Source: an uncultured Actinomycetota bacterium
GTDB lineage: Bacteria > Actinomycetota > Thermoleophilia > RBG-16-64-13
DNA: 64,000 bases
Reading direction: 5' to 3'
Assembly: GCA_963736705.1 (NCBI GenBank)
Contig: CAVTPV010000005.1
Span: 1,391,056 to 1,455,055 of the forward strand
Shown: positions 21,262 through 32,334 of the stretch, in pieces
Layout of the letters: each line of letters opens with the position of its first letter
How positions within the stretch are numbered: the stretch's first letter is position 1
Notes under the pieces: generated by a model
Databases searched by the model: none
What the model saw: only the letters and a program-made list of their open reading frames with translations
Told to the model about the DNA's origin: nothing
Made by a program: the position numbers and the translations under genes

Positions 21262-24053
21262 ATGGCAGGACGGACCAACAGCCAGCAGACGGCGCGCACC
21301 GCGGTGAAGAGCGGAGGGCGGTCGGCCACGCCCGCTTCGCGGGCGCCGCGGTCGTCCCGTGGGACCTCGGGAGGTACGCGCACGACGGCCCAGACCAGGC
21401 AGGCTCGGAATCACCCGCAGCCGGAGCCGCGGCGGGCCCCGGAGAAGAAGCACGTGCCCGGGCGCCGGCGAGAACTCATCGCGCTGGTGCTGTTGGCCGT
21501 CGCGGTGTTCCTGTTCGTCGTGCTGCTCGCCGGCGGGTCCGGAGGAGTGCTGGGCCGAGGCGTGGCCGCGGGACTCACCTACGCTTTCGGCCATCTGGCT
21601 CTGGTGGTGCCGGTCGCGCTGTTGGGCCTTGCCGTCACCACGGTCCTGGGCGTCACGCTGCGCCGCTCCTACTGTGTTCCTGGGCATCATGGTGTTCCTG
21701 TTCGGCCTGTTCGTGCTGGTGGCCGCCGGGGCGCCGCCGTTCGGCGGCCACGGAGCCGACTACTTCGTGAGTGCTGAGTTCAAGGGCCGCGCCGGCGGGC
21801 TGGGCGAGGCCTTCTACGCTCTGTTCCACAAGCTGGCGGGGACCATCGGCGTGGGTATCGTCGGCTGGGTGGCGGTGGTGGCCGGCTTCAGCCTCGCGAC
21901 CGGGATGACGGCGCGGAGGCTGGGGCACCGCACCAAGCGGGCCGCCGGAGCCGTCCGCGATGGCGCGGAGCGGGGGATGACCCTGGTCAAGAACCGGGAC
22001 GCGCCGAAGATCCGTCGTTCGACTTCTTCCCGGGCGGCGCCTCCACAGGATGGCAAGGCGCCGGCGGGGCGGCAACGGCGTCTCTGAGCGCGCCGCGGCT
22101 CGGGCCCTGTGGATCTGGTGGGTGATGGTGCCGCCACATTGCCGGCGGCTCGGCGCAGCGATAGCAGCCCCTTCGGGGAGGAGTTCGAGGACTGGTCCGA
22201 CGGCCGCCCGAGCGAGCGGAGCCCGCTGGCGGCCTCGGTCACCGGCAGGACAGGGCCGGCGGTGCTCGATGGGGCAGAGGCCTTCTCCGACCTGTTCGGG
22301 CCCGGCGAGCTGGCCGGCGGCGCCGTTGCGGGTGGCAGCTCTCGCGGGAGCCGGCGCCGGGGCTCACGCCGGGAGTGCCGCGCTCGTCCCGAGCGCCAGC
22401 CGCGGGGTCTGCGTCCGCAGCGGTGCTCGAGCGGTCTGACAGACACGCCGGCGCGTCCGGCTGATCGCAACGTCGACGGCACGGGTGAATCGCTCGAGGA
22501 CATAGCAGGAGCCCTTGCCCGGTCTGGCGCGAGCCCCCCGGCAGATCGCGCTTCCGGTGGAGACTCCGAACTACCTGCTGCCCGAACCGCTGCTGCTCAA
22601 GAAGAGCGCGCCCGTCGCCACCGGGGGCGCCAACGAGCGCGACACGGCGGCCGTGGTGCTTGCAGGCCCTCGCGCAGTTCGGCGTGGAGGCCCGGGTGGT
22701 GGGCATGGTGGTCGGCCCGCGGGTGACGCGGTACGAACTACAACTGGCCCCGGGCACCAAGGTGGCCAAGGTCTCTTCGCTCAAGGACGACCTGGCGTAC
22801 GCTCTGGCCACCACCGAGATCCGCATCCTCGCTCCCATCCCGGGCAAGTCGGCGGTGGGGGTGGAAGTCCCCAACCAGCGCCCGGACTTCGTCACCCTGG
22901 GCGACATCTACCGGGAGTTCCCCAAAGGCGCCGGGCCGCTCCACGTGTGGCTGGGCAAGGACATCTCGGGCAAGCCGGTGTACGCCGACCTCGCCAAACT
23001 GCCGCACCTGCTCATCGCCGGCACCACCGGCTCGGGCAAGAGCGGCTGCGTCAACTGCATCGTCTCGTCCATCCTGCTGCGCAGCACTCCGGAACTGGTG
23101 CGGATGATCATGATCGACCCCAAGAAGGTCGAGCTCTCGCACTACGACCGCATCCCGCACCTGCTGGTGCCCGTGGTCACGAACATGAAGGACGCCGCGG
23201 GTGTGCTTCACAACGTCTGCAAGGAGATGGAGGACCGCTACGAGCTCATGGAGCTCGAGCACTGCCGCAGCCTGGGCGACATGAACAAGGTCAGGGCCCG
23301 CCGCGGCGAGCGCCCGGTGCCGTACATCATGGTGGTCATCGACGAGCTGGCCGACCTCATGATGATCTCGCCGCAAGAGGTGGAGGAGTACGTCATCCGT
23401 CTGGCGCAGAAGTCGCGTGCCGTCGGTATCCACCTGGTGGTGGCCACCCAGCGTCCGTCGGCGGATGTCATCACCGGCATGATCAAGGCCAACATCCCGT
23501 CGCGCATCGCCTTCGCGGTGTCGAGCCAGATCGACTCGCGGGTCATCCTCGACGTCAACGGCGCCGAGGCCCTGCTGGGCCGCGGCGACATGCTCTTCAA
23601 GCCCCTCGGGTCAGCAGCCACATGGAGAGGGTGCAGGGGGCGTACGTCACCGAGGACGAGATCGCCCTGCTGGTGAACCACTGGCGGCACCAGGCCGAGC
23701 CGGAGTTCCGGGAGGAGCTTCTGCGCCGTCCGCCGGACGCCAAGGAGCTCAAGAAGGCCGCGGCTGAGGACGAGTTCGATCCGGACTCCGACGACCTCTT
23801 GGCGGAAGCCGCCCAACTGGTCATGGAGACCGGCAGCGCGTCGGTGTCCATGCTGCAGCGCCGTCTCCGAGTGGGCTACACTCGTGCCGGCCGGCTTATC
23901 GACATGCTGGAACGGCGCGGTGTGGTGGGACCCTGGGAGGGCAGCAAGCCGCGGCAGATCCTGGTGGACGCCGACGAAGCCGAACACGTCCTCGCCGCGC
24001 TCAGGTTGGAGGGCGGCGGTGTCGACGCGGGAGACGACTTCGACGGTGACTGA
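21262..24053 (+). CDS. ftsK: DNA translocase FtsK/SpoIIIE (about 6 frameshifts)
   Basis: N-terminal TM segments, then a low-complexity linker. Motor domain GPRVTRYEL..., Walker A IAGTTGSGKSG, VVIDELADLMM, VVATQRPS. Gamma domain ASVSMLQRRLRVGYTRAGRLID. Confidence 0.9.
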
Positions 24054-24130
24054 GGGCTCGTCTCGGGATGAGGCTCCCCGGGTAGAACGTTCCACCTTGC
24101 AGGTACCCTCCATCAGCGCCGCGTGAAGCC

Positions 24131-25174
24131 ATGGAGGGCGGGTACCAGGTCATCGACGTCCGCGCGCCGTCCGAGTTCGCCGACGGGCACATGCCCGGGT
24201 CCCTCAACTTCCCCCTGCTGGACGACGAGGCGCGAGCCGCCGTGGGCATCGCCTACAGGCAGGAAGGCGCCGCCAAGGCCCGTTTGGTGGCCATGGAGTT
24301 GGTCAGCGCCGGGCTTCCCCGCTACCTGGGGGAGCTGGCGGAGCTGGCACGGTCGCTGCCCAGAGGGCGCCGGCTGGCGGTCATGTGCTGGCGGGGCGGA
24401 GAGCGCAGTCGCAATGTCTCCCTGCTGCTGGCCCTCGTCGGGGTCCATGTGGTCACGGTGAAGGGTGGGTATCGAGCCTACCGCAAGGAAGTGGTGAGCG
24501 GTCTGGCCGCGTGGCATGCGCCCATGCCGGTCTTCACGCTCTACGGGCACACGGGCGCCGGCAAGAGCGCCGTGATGCGCGAGCTGAGCAACCTGGCCCC
24601 ACAGCTGGAGGGTCCGCGACCCTGGGTGGTCGACCTGGAAGGACTCGCGCTCCACCGAGGATCGCTGCTCGGCGGGCTGAACCAGCCGGGGGAGCGGACG
24701 CAGAAGGACTTCGACTCTCTGTTGTGGGACGAACTTCGCCATCCTCAGGGTGACTACCTGGTGCTGGAATGCGAAGGCGGGAAGATCGGCAAGCTGTTCG
24801 TGCCCGGGACGGTGGCGGACGCCATCCGCACAGGTTCGCCCGTGCTGGTGACGGCGCCCGTCGCGGCCAGGGCGGAGCGCATCATGGCGGAGTACGCGCC
24901 CGAGGGTTGGGATGAGACAGACAGGGAACGCTTCCTGCGCAGCCTCGGTCTCATCGCTGAGAGGCTGTCTCGCGAGAAGGTGGCCTTCTTGGAAAGGTCT
25001 TTCGCGGATGGTAGATTTACCGACGTCGTCGAGGAACTGCTCACCGGCTACTACGATCCGCTCTATCAACGGTCGTGTGTGGACGGTAGGCGATTCGTCC
25101 TCGAGTTCGAGACCAGTTCCGACCCCGAAAGCGACGCGCGCCGTTTTGCAGTAGACATGGCGCGCCTGATCTGA
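24131..25174 (+). CDS. selU: tRNA 2-selenouridine synthase (rhodanese + P-loop)
   Basis: Intact 347-aa ORF. VIDVRAPSEFADGHMPGSLNFPLL, rhodanese active-site loop CWRGGERS, P-loop GHTGAGKS. Confidence 0.8.
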   Translation: MEGGYQVIDVRAPSEFADGHMPGSLNFPLLDDEARAAVGIAYRQEGAAKARLVAMELVSAGLPRYLGELAELARSLPRGRRLAVMCWRGGERSRNVSLLLALVGVHVVTVKGGYRAYRKEVVSGLAAWHAPMPVFTLYGHTGAGKSAVMRELSNLAPQLEGPRPWVVDLEGLALHRGSLLGGLNQPGERTQKDFDSLLWDELRHPQGDYLVLECEGGKIGKLFVPGTVADAIRTGSPVLVTAPVAARAERIMAEYAPEGWDETDRERFLRSLGLIAERLSREKVAFLERSFADGRFTDVVEELLTGYYDPLYQRSCVDGRRFVLEFETSSDPESDARRFAVDMARLI

Positions 25175-25193
25175 GAGGCGTATCCAGAGTTCA

Positions 25194-26077
25194 GTGCCAG
25201 ACATCGGCAACACCCTTCGTGAGGCCCGCATCCGCCGGGCGCTCTCCCTTGCCGATGTGGAGAACATCACCAAGATACGCTCCAAGTACCTCGAGGCCAT
25301 GGAGGAGAACGACTTCGAGGTGCTTCCCGGCCCAACGGTGGTCAAGGGTTTTCTTCGCACCTACGCCGTCTTCCTCAAGCTCGACCCCGAGGTCCTTCTG
25401 AACGAATACCGCGATCTCGTACGAGGGCAGCCGTGAGGACATCGGCGCCCTGCGCACCGAGTTGTCGCAGCAGAGGCGCACCAAGACCAGCGTCGAGCGC
25501 AAGAAGAAGCGTGTGCGGCGCACCCAGCGCGGGTACATCGCAGCGGCGCTGCTGGCCATCGTGGTCATCGTGGTCATCGCCTGGGTGGGAGCCGGCGGGG
25601 ACAAGGGCGGCGCGGTCATCGGCGCGGAGAACCTGCCGTCCACCACCAGCGAGCCGTCGACCACCACTGTGACGGACGATGTGGATGGGACCAGCACGTC
25701 GACCACCGAAGACTCGACCGATCCTTCCACCGACACGTCCACGGATTCGTCATCCACCTCCACCACCGCCGGTGTCGTCACTACCACCGGTGAGAACGTG
25801 ACCATGGTCCTCAGCGTCACCGAGGGAAGTTGCTGGCTCGTGGTCAGGGAGGACAGCGAGAGCGGAAGAGATCTTTATGCAGGGGCATTGCTGGCCGGTG
25901 GCCAGCAGAGCTTCACCACGGCGAAGAGGTATTGGGTGCGGGCGGGCGAGCCCGAAGTCTCTGTCGATCTCCATCAACGGCACGCCTCACACCGTGAACG
26001 GCGAGGCTGGGGTCTTTGTCATCACGGAGCAGGGCGTCGAACGGGAAGAGTCCGATTCGACCGAAACGACCGAGTAG
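25194..26077 (+). CDS. RodZ-like membrane protein: HTH, TM segment, Ser/Thr/Asp-rich linker, DUF4115-like C-terminus (2 frameshifts)
   Basis: IGNTLREARIRRALSLADVENITKIRSKYLEAMEENDFEVLPG...KGFLRTYA (RodZ-type HTH), TM IAAALLAIVVIVVIAWV, end ...LSISINGTPHTV. Same position as B. subtilis ymfM (rodZ) before pgsA. Confidence 0.65.
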
Positions 26078-26078
26078 C

Positions 26079-27418
26079 ATGGGGCTGCGATCCTCCGGCC
26101 GATCTCGTGTCTACGTCCATACTCTCGGGTGCCCCAAGAACGAAGCCGACAGCAGGACGCTCGCCAGGGCTCTGGGGGCGGCCGGCGCCGTCTTCGTGGA
26201 AGAGCCCGAAAATGCCACTCACATCCTCCTGAACACCTGCGGTTTCATCCGCGAGGCCAAGGAAGAGTCGATAGCGGCCATCCTCGACGCCACCACCTCC
26301 TATCCCGACAAGAAGGTCGTGGTCATGGGGTGCCTGGTGGAGCGGTACCGGGAGGAGCTGGAGCAGGGCATCCCGGAGGTGGCCGGATGGTTCGGCCTGG
26401 TTGGCGGGTCCGATCAGGAGGCGCTGGTAAGCGCGCTCGCTGAGGATGGCGGCTACGACTCGGCCGCCGGCGAAGTCACCGCGTCGCGGGAGTCGTACGC
26501 CTACGTGAAGATATCCGACGGCTGCGACGAACTCTGCACGTTCTGCGCCATCCCCGGGATCAAGGGGGCGTATCACGCGGCCTCGCCGGCCGAGATCCTG
26601 GTGGAGGCCGATGCCTGCCTCACCGCCGGCGCCAAGGAGCTGGTCCTCGTCGGGCAGGACACGGCCCGCTGGGAGAGTGGCGGTTTGGATCTTGCCGGAC
26701 TGGCCGAGACGCTGGCCGCGGACCCCAGGCTTTCCTGGCTGCGCGTGATGTATCTGCAGCCGGAGCATGTGAGCGACGGCTTCCTTCGAGTACATGGGGA
26801 AGGGCGGCAAACTCTGCGCCGTATCTAGATCTGCCGTTGCAGCATTCACATCCAGACGTCCTGCGGCGCATGGGCCGCGCTGGAGATGGCGATTCCTACT
26901 TGGAACTGCTGGAGAAAGCCCGTCGCGTCATCCCCGGCGTGGCGGTGCGCTCGGCCTTCATCGTCGGCTTCCCCGGCGAGACCGAGGACCATTTCCAGCA
27001 TCTGCTCGACTTCGTCCGCGAAGCGGAGTTTGATTACGCCGGAGCGTTCATATACAGTCCAGAGGAAGGGACGCCGGCTGCCAAGCTCAGGCCGGCGGTG
27101 CCCCGGCGGGTCGCGCGCGAGCGGTTCAACCGGCTGAACCGGGTGCTGGCCGAGGTCGCGGAGATGGTCCACGGGCGGCAGGTGGGGACCACGGTGGATG
27201 TCATGATCGACGCACTGGGGTGCGAAGATGATGAGGTGGGTCCTGAGGCTGTGGGACGGACGAGGGGGCAGGCGCCCGAGGTGGACGGTGTGGTGCACGT
27301 CGAGGGGCGTTTGCCGGACGGGGTGAAAGTGGGAGACGTGATCAGGGTGACCATCGACGCAGCCGTGGGATACGACTTCGTCGGCACTTGTGCCGAGGCT
27401 GGGAGCGACGAGGAATGA
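26079..27418 (+). CDS. rimO: ribosomal protein S12 methylthiotransferase RimO (1 frameshift near 26800)
   Basis: VYVHTLGCPKNEADS (UPF0004 Cys), radical-SAM CxxxCxxC in SDGCDELCTFCAIP, and a TRAM-like end. Confidence 0.85.
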
Positions 27419-28026
27419 CCTGGAACCTCCCGAACGCCATCACGTTCTTCCGGGTGGTGCTGGTCCCTGTCCTCATGACGTTCCTTCTCGTGGACGTCAA
27501 ATACGGGGATCTCTTCGCGTTGGCGGTGTTCGTCCTGGCGGCCGCCAGCGATTCCCTCGATGGCTACCTGGCCCGGCGCTTCAGGCAGACCACGGCGCTG
27601 GGCGCGTTCCTCGACCCGCTGGCCGACAAGCTTCTGGTGGCCGCGGCGCTCATCTCGCTGGTTCAGATCGATAAGGTGTCCGCCGCGGTTGCTATGGTAG
27701 TGATAGCGCGCGAGTTCGCAGTCACAGGCCTGCGCATGGTGGCGGCGGTGCAGGGTACGGTCATCGCGGCGAGCAGATGGGGGAAGGCCAAGACGGCCAG
27801 CCAGATGCTTGCGATAGCCGTGCTGATCATCGAGGCTCGGTGGATCACTCCACATTGGGAGCCTGCTGGACCGCTCATCAGTACATACCTGGTGTGGCTC
27901 ATGTTGCTGCTGACGGTGGTGAGCGGCGTGGACTATTTCGTCCATGCCCGGCAGCGGATCCAGGAGCATCAGCGCGAGGTGGAGCCCCTCAAGAACCCTG
28001 GCGAGGCTGGGGGAAGCAAGGAGTAG
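27415..28026 (+). CDS. pgsA: CDP-diacylglycerol--glycerol-3-phosphate 3-phosphatidyltransferase
   Basis: MTWNLPNAITFFRV... and the CDP-alcohol phosphatidyltransferase motif DSLDGYLAR...G..LDPLADK. ATGA overlap with the rimO stop. Confidence 0.9.
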   Translation: MTWNLPNAITFFRVVLVPVLMTFLLVDVKYGDLFALAVFVLAAASDSLDGYLARRFRQTTALGAFLDPLADKLLVAAALISLVQIDKVSAAVAMVVIAREFAVTGLRMVAAVQGTVIAASRWGKAKTASQMLAIAVLIIEARWITPHWEPAGPLISTYLVWLMLLLTVVSGVDYFVHARQRIQEHQREVEPLKNPGEAGGSKE

Positions 28027-28030
28027 CAGC

Positions 28031-28612
28031 GTGGAGCAGCAGGGCGGAGACGGGAAGTGGAGACTTTTCGTGGCCGTCCCTCTGCCAGCCGGTTTGCGCG
28101 AGGTGGTCCTGGCGGCGCAACGGGCCCTTCCTTCGGTCCCTGGTCTCCGGCTGTTGGGGCCCGAGCAGTGGCATGTGACTCTGGCCTTCATCGGGGAGGT
28201 GGGGGAGGCCCAAGCCGATATCGCGCGGAAGGTGATCGAAGGGGTCCCGGACGACATGGGGGGCGGCGCTGTCCTGGAGCGATTCCTCATGCTGCCGTCG
28301 GTCCGACGCGGACCCGGGTGGTGACCCTCGAGCTCGGCTGACGGAGCGGAGTGTTCCAGGCCCTTTTTCGAGACGGTCATGGGGGGCCTGGAGGCCGGAG
28401 GGGTCATGCAGCGGGAGAAGAGGCCGTTCAGGCCGCATCTCACCATCGCCAGGCTCAAGAGTCCAGGCGTAGTACGACCAAGGTATGAGAGCGAGCGCGC
28501 GGCGTTTGCGGTACAGTCGGTCTGCCTCTACAGGAGTGAGTTGAGGCGCGAGGGAGCAGTGTACACAGTAGTCAGCCGGAGGGCGTTCGGCCCCGGCGGC
28601 GTTGAAGGGTAA
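28031..28612 (+). CDS. thpR: RNA 2',3'-cyclic phosphodiesterase / 2'-5' RNA ligase family (2H phosphoesterase) (1-2 frameshifts)
   Basis: Two HxT/S motifs: WHVTLAF (ORF 27944) and PHLTIAR (ORF 28379). [10 protein letters not shown]-terminus. Confidence 0.7.
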
Positions 28613-28624
28613 GAGGAGGATCAG

Positions 28625-29678
28625 GTGGAGAAAGACAAGGCCTTGGAGATGGCCGTTCTACAGATCGAGCGCCAGTATGGCAAGGGTTCCATCATGCGCT
28701 TGGGCGACGATGTCGACAGTCAAGGTGCCCGCCATCTCCACCGGCTCGCTGGGGCTCGACCTGGCTCTGGGAGTGGGCGGCATCCCGCGCGGCCGGGTGG
28801 TCGAGGTGTTCGGCCCCGAGTCGAGCGGTAAGACCACGCTGGCGCTCCACATGATCGCCGAGGCGCAGAAGGCAGGGGGCAAGGCGGCGTTCATCGACGC
28901 CGAGCACGCTATGGACTCCGCGTATTCGCGCAAGATCGGCGTCAACATCGACGAACTGCTCGTCTCGCAGCCCGACAACGGCGAGCAGGCCCTGGAGATC
29001 ACCGAGTTGCTCATCCGCAGTGGCGCCCTGGACATCGTCGTCATCGACTCGGTGGCCGCTCTGACGCCCCGGGCCGAGATCGAAGGGGAGATGGGCGACT
29101 CGCACGTGGGCCTGCAGGCCCGTCTCATGAGCCAGGCTCTCCGCAAGCTGACGGGCACCATCAGCAAGACGCAGACCACTGCCGTCTTCATCAACCAGTT
29201 GCGCGAGAAGGTCGGCGTCATGTTCGGCAACCCGGAAGTCACGCCGGGGGGCCGGGCGCTCAAGTTCTACGCGTCGGTGCGGCTGGACATCCGCCGCATC
29301 GAGACTCTCAAAGAGGGCACCGAGGCAGTCGGCAACCGGGTGCGCGTCCGGGTGGTCAAGAACAAGGTCGCCCCGCCGTTCAAAGAGGCGGAGTTCGACA
29401 TCATGTACGGCGTGGGCATCTCCAGCGAGGGCGACGTGCTCGACTTGGCGGTCACGAACAAGATCGTCCAGAAGAGCGGCGCCTGGTTCTCCTATGGCGA
29501 CCAGCGGCTGGGCCAAGGCCGGGAGAACGTGCGGCAACTGCTGCGCGACAACCCGGAACTCATGGCGAAGCTGCGGGCCGAGGTCATCGCCGCGGTCACT
29601 CCGGTGCTCGCTGCCCAGGCCGAAGGTGCTGCCGCCGCGCCGGCGGCTGAAGCCGAGGCGGGGAGCGCGGCCGAGTAG
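28625..29678 (+). CDS. recA: recombinase RecA (1 frameshift near 28715)
   Basis: [26 protein letters not shown] then [38 protein letters not shown]... Confidence 0.97.
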
Positions 29679-29690
29679 CGGGCCACGAGC

Positions 29691-30421
29691 ATGCCGGGCC
29701 GAAGGGCTACAGGGCCGCCGGCGTTGTCCGACGGCGAGGTCACGGCGCTCGTTGCCAGGCGCGGCCAGGACGAACGCGTCGCCGTTCACATCGACGGGCG
29801 CCGGGTCTTCGACCTCTCCGCCGTGGTGGCGGACCGCGCCGGGCTGCGCGCCGGCGTCCATCTCACCGCGGAGACGCAACAGGAACTCATCGAGCAGGAC
29901 GCGCCGTACCGCGCCCGCGAGCGGGCGCTGCGTCTCCTCGCGCCTGCGGGACCGATCCCGCAGGGAGATCGAGACGCGTCTTCGCCAGGCGGGCTTCGAG
30001 GCTGAGGTGGCGGCTGCGACCGTCGAGTGGCTGGCCGGATTGGGGTATCTCGACGACCGCCGGTTCGCGAGGGTGTACTGCCGCGGAGAAGCAGCGGAGC
30101 GGATGGGGGCCCCGTCGAGTGAAGGCTGAACTCGCCGCCAAGGGTGTGGAGCGGTCTATCGTGGAGGAGACGTTGGCCGCGTCGGCCGAAGCGGAGGCCG
30201 GGGAAGAGGCCGAGGATGGAGTCCGGGAGGGCGGGAGCGCCCTCGAGCAGACCTGCCGCAAGCGCTTCGGCGGGCAGTTCGCGGCTGATCCGGCGGCGGC
30301 CGAGCGGAGGCTGGCCGGATTCCTCGCCCGACGGGGGTACGACTGGGAGACCATTAACCGCATGGTCAGAATGCTGCGCTCGGAGGCGTCCGAAGAGACA
30401 GGATTTCCCAGCATTCCTTGA
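29691..30421 (+). CDS. recX: RecA regulator RecX (2 frameshifts)
   Basis: ...YRARERALRLL..., RSRREIETRLRQAGF..., WLAGLGYLDDRRFA..., FLARRGYDWETI (three-helix repeats). Directly after recA. Confidence 0.8.
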
Positions 30422-30447
30422 CACTTTACCTTCGCCCAACGTAAACT
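30418..30447 (+). promoter_or_regulatory. sigma-70-like promoter (TTGACA - 18 nt - TAAACT) overlapping the recX stop
   Basis: TTGACA at 30418-30423 and TAAACT at 30442-30447. Confidence 0.5.
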
Positions 30448-30454
30448 TCACGCT

Positions 30455-30687
30455 TGTGTGATGATCGGTCGACAGCGATGACGCGCGACCTTGCCTTTTG
30501 GCTATAGATTGCTCTGTAAGTCGGCGAATCCGGCGAAGACGCCGGGGCCGAAGACTTAGATAGCGGGGAACATAACCGTGCGGGGGCTGCTGATGAAGCC
30601 GCAGGACCGCCGGTAGGGGCTGTCCCTCTCTGTAGGGCGAGGTCATTGGTGTAGAGTTTGTCGGCCGGACGCGTGTTCGGCTTTTTT
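30455..30687 (+). ncRNA. candidate structured RNA, about 230 nt: rny 5' leader/attenuator or independent sRNA (family not recognised)
   Basis: Non-coding, lower-GC stretch bounded by the promoter and an intrinsic terminator. Several local hairpins (for example CGGCG-AAGA-CGCCG) and a long-range helix, 30465-30474 with 30659-30668. Confidence 0.35.
30664..30687 (+). terminator. intrinsic terminator upstream of rny
   Basis: GCCGGAC / GTTCGGC 7-bp stem (one G-U pair), GCGT loop, then TTTTTT (30682-30687). Confidence 0.65.
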
Positions 30688-30764
30688 GATGCCCGCGATC
30701 GGTCTTCGCACGCATGACTTAGCAAACCGCGACGCCGCGTGTGGACTGGAATGGTGATGTCAAG

Positions 30765-32307
30765 ATGATGACCGGTATTTGGATCGCTGTTGTCCTAGTC
30801 GTAGCGATCATTGGTGTGGTCGGGGGCTTCTTGGCCCGCAAGTATGTGGGAGAAGCGAAGATCCACTCTGCCGAGAAGGCTGCGGAGAGCATCGTAGCGG
30901 ATGCCAAGCGGGAAGCTGAGTCGACCCAGCGTGAAGCTCGAGTCGAGCTCAAGGATGAGATGCACCAGCTTCGCACTCAGGCTGAGGCTGAGGTCGAAGG
31001 AGCGCCGGCAGGAACTGGTCCAGCTGGAGAACCGGCTCCTGAGCCGCGAAGAGGGCCTCGACGAGATGCAGAAGGATGTCGCGCGCCGCGAGCAGTCGGT
31101 CTCCGACCGTGAGGCCCACTACCGCAAGGTCCTCGAAGAGGCCGAGACGGCGCGGGCGGAACAGCAGAAGCAGTTGGAGCAGATCTCCGGTATGACCAGG
31201 GAGCAGGCCTCCGAGATCATCCTGAAGCGCACCGAAGACGAGGTCCGGCACGACATGGCCAAGATGGTCCGGGCCATCGAGGAGGAAGCCAGACACGAGG
31301 GCGATCGCAGGGCCCGGGACATCCTGTCCACCTGCATCCAGCGCACCGCTGCCAGCCATGTGGCCGACACGACCGTGTCGGTCGTGCAGCTGCCGTCGGA
31401 CGACATGAAGGGCCGCATCATCGGCCGCGAGGGCCGGAACATCCGCACCCTCGAGAACCTCACCGGCATCGACTTCATCATCGACGACACGCCCGAGGCT
31501 GTCGTTCTGTCCGGCTTCGACACGGTCCGCCGCGAGATCGCCCGCCTGACGCTGTCCAAGCTGGTGGCCGACGGGCGCATCCACCCGGCCAAGATCGAGG
31601 AGATGTACACCAAGGCCCGCGACGAGGTCGACAAGGAGATCCTGGACGCGGGTGAGCAGGCTGTGCTCGACGCGAACGTCCACGGGGTCGCCCCGGAACT
31701 CATCCGCCTTCTGGGCCGCCTCAAGTTCCGCACCAGCTACGGGCAGAACGTGCTCATGCACTCTCAGGAAGTCGCGCACGTCGCCGGTATGATGGCCGCT
31801 GAACTCGGCGTCAACGCCAAACTGGCCAAACGCGCCGGTCTGCTGCACGACCTGGGCAAAGCCGTGGACCACGAGGTCGAAGGTTCGCACGCCGCCATCG
31901 GCGCCAACCTCGCGCGTCGCTACGGAGAGTCCGAGGCCGTGGTGCACGTCATCGAGAGCCATCATGCCGAGGTGGAGGCCCACACGGTGGAAGCCGTGCT
32001 CGTGGCCGCCGGCGACGCGGTCAGCGGCGCCCGTCCGGGCGCGCGCCGGGAGACCCTCGAGACCTACATCAAGCGCCTGGAGAACCTCGAGCGCATCGCT
32101 GAAAGCAAGCCGGGCGTCGAGAAGAGCTACGCCATCCAGGCGGGTCGGGAGATCCGCGTGCTGGTGAAGCCCGACGAGATCGACGACCAGGCCGCCGGAC
32201 TGCTCTGCCGCGAGATCGCCAAGGAGATCGAGCAGGAACTCGACTACCCGGGCACCATCCGCGTGACCGTGATCCGCGAGAGCCGCGCCGTCGACTACGC
32301 CAAGTAG
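30765..32307 (+). CDS. rny: ribonuclease Y (1 frameshift near 30995)
   Basis: N-terminal [21 protein letters not shown], coiled coil, KH domain ([12 protein letters not shown]), HD domain (LLHDLGKA...HH). ATG 30765; an upstream GTG 30741 is possible. Confidence 0.95.
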
Positions 32308-32334
32308 TCCCGGGGTGGTCCTGCGGTGAGCAGG

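Noticed and set aside
27034-28458. 474-aa minus-strand ORF
   Set aside because: It is antisense to rimO, pgsA and thpR, which have clear motifs, and its composition is typical of a shadow ORF.
30570-30625. Possible cobalamin riboswitch (AAGCCGCAGGACCGCC resembles a B12 box) in the rny leader
   Set aside because: Only this one short segment is similar. The other conserved cobalamin-riboswitch elements are not visible, and the rny context does not fit.
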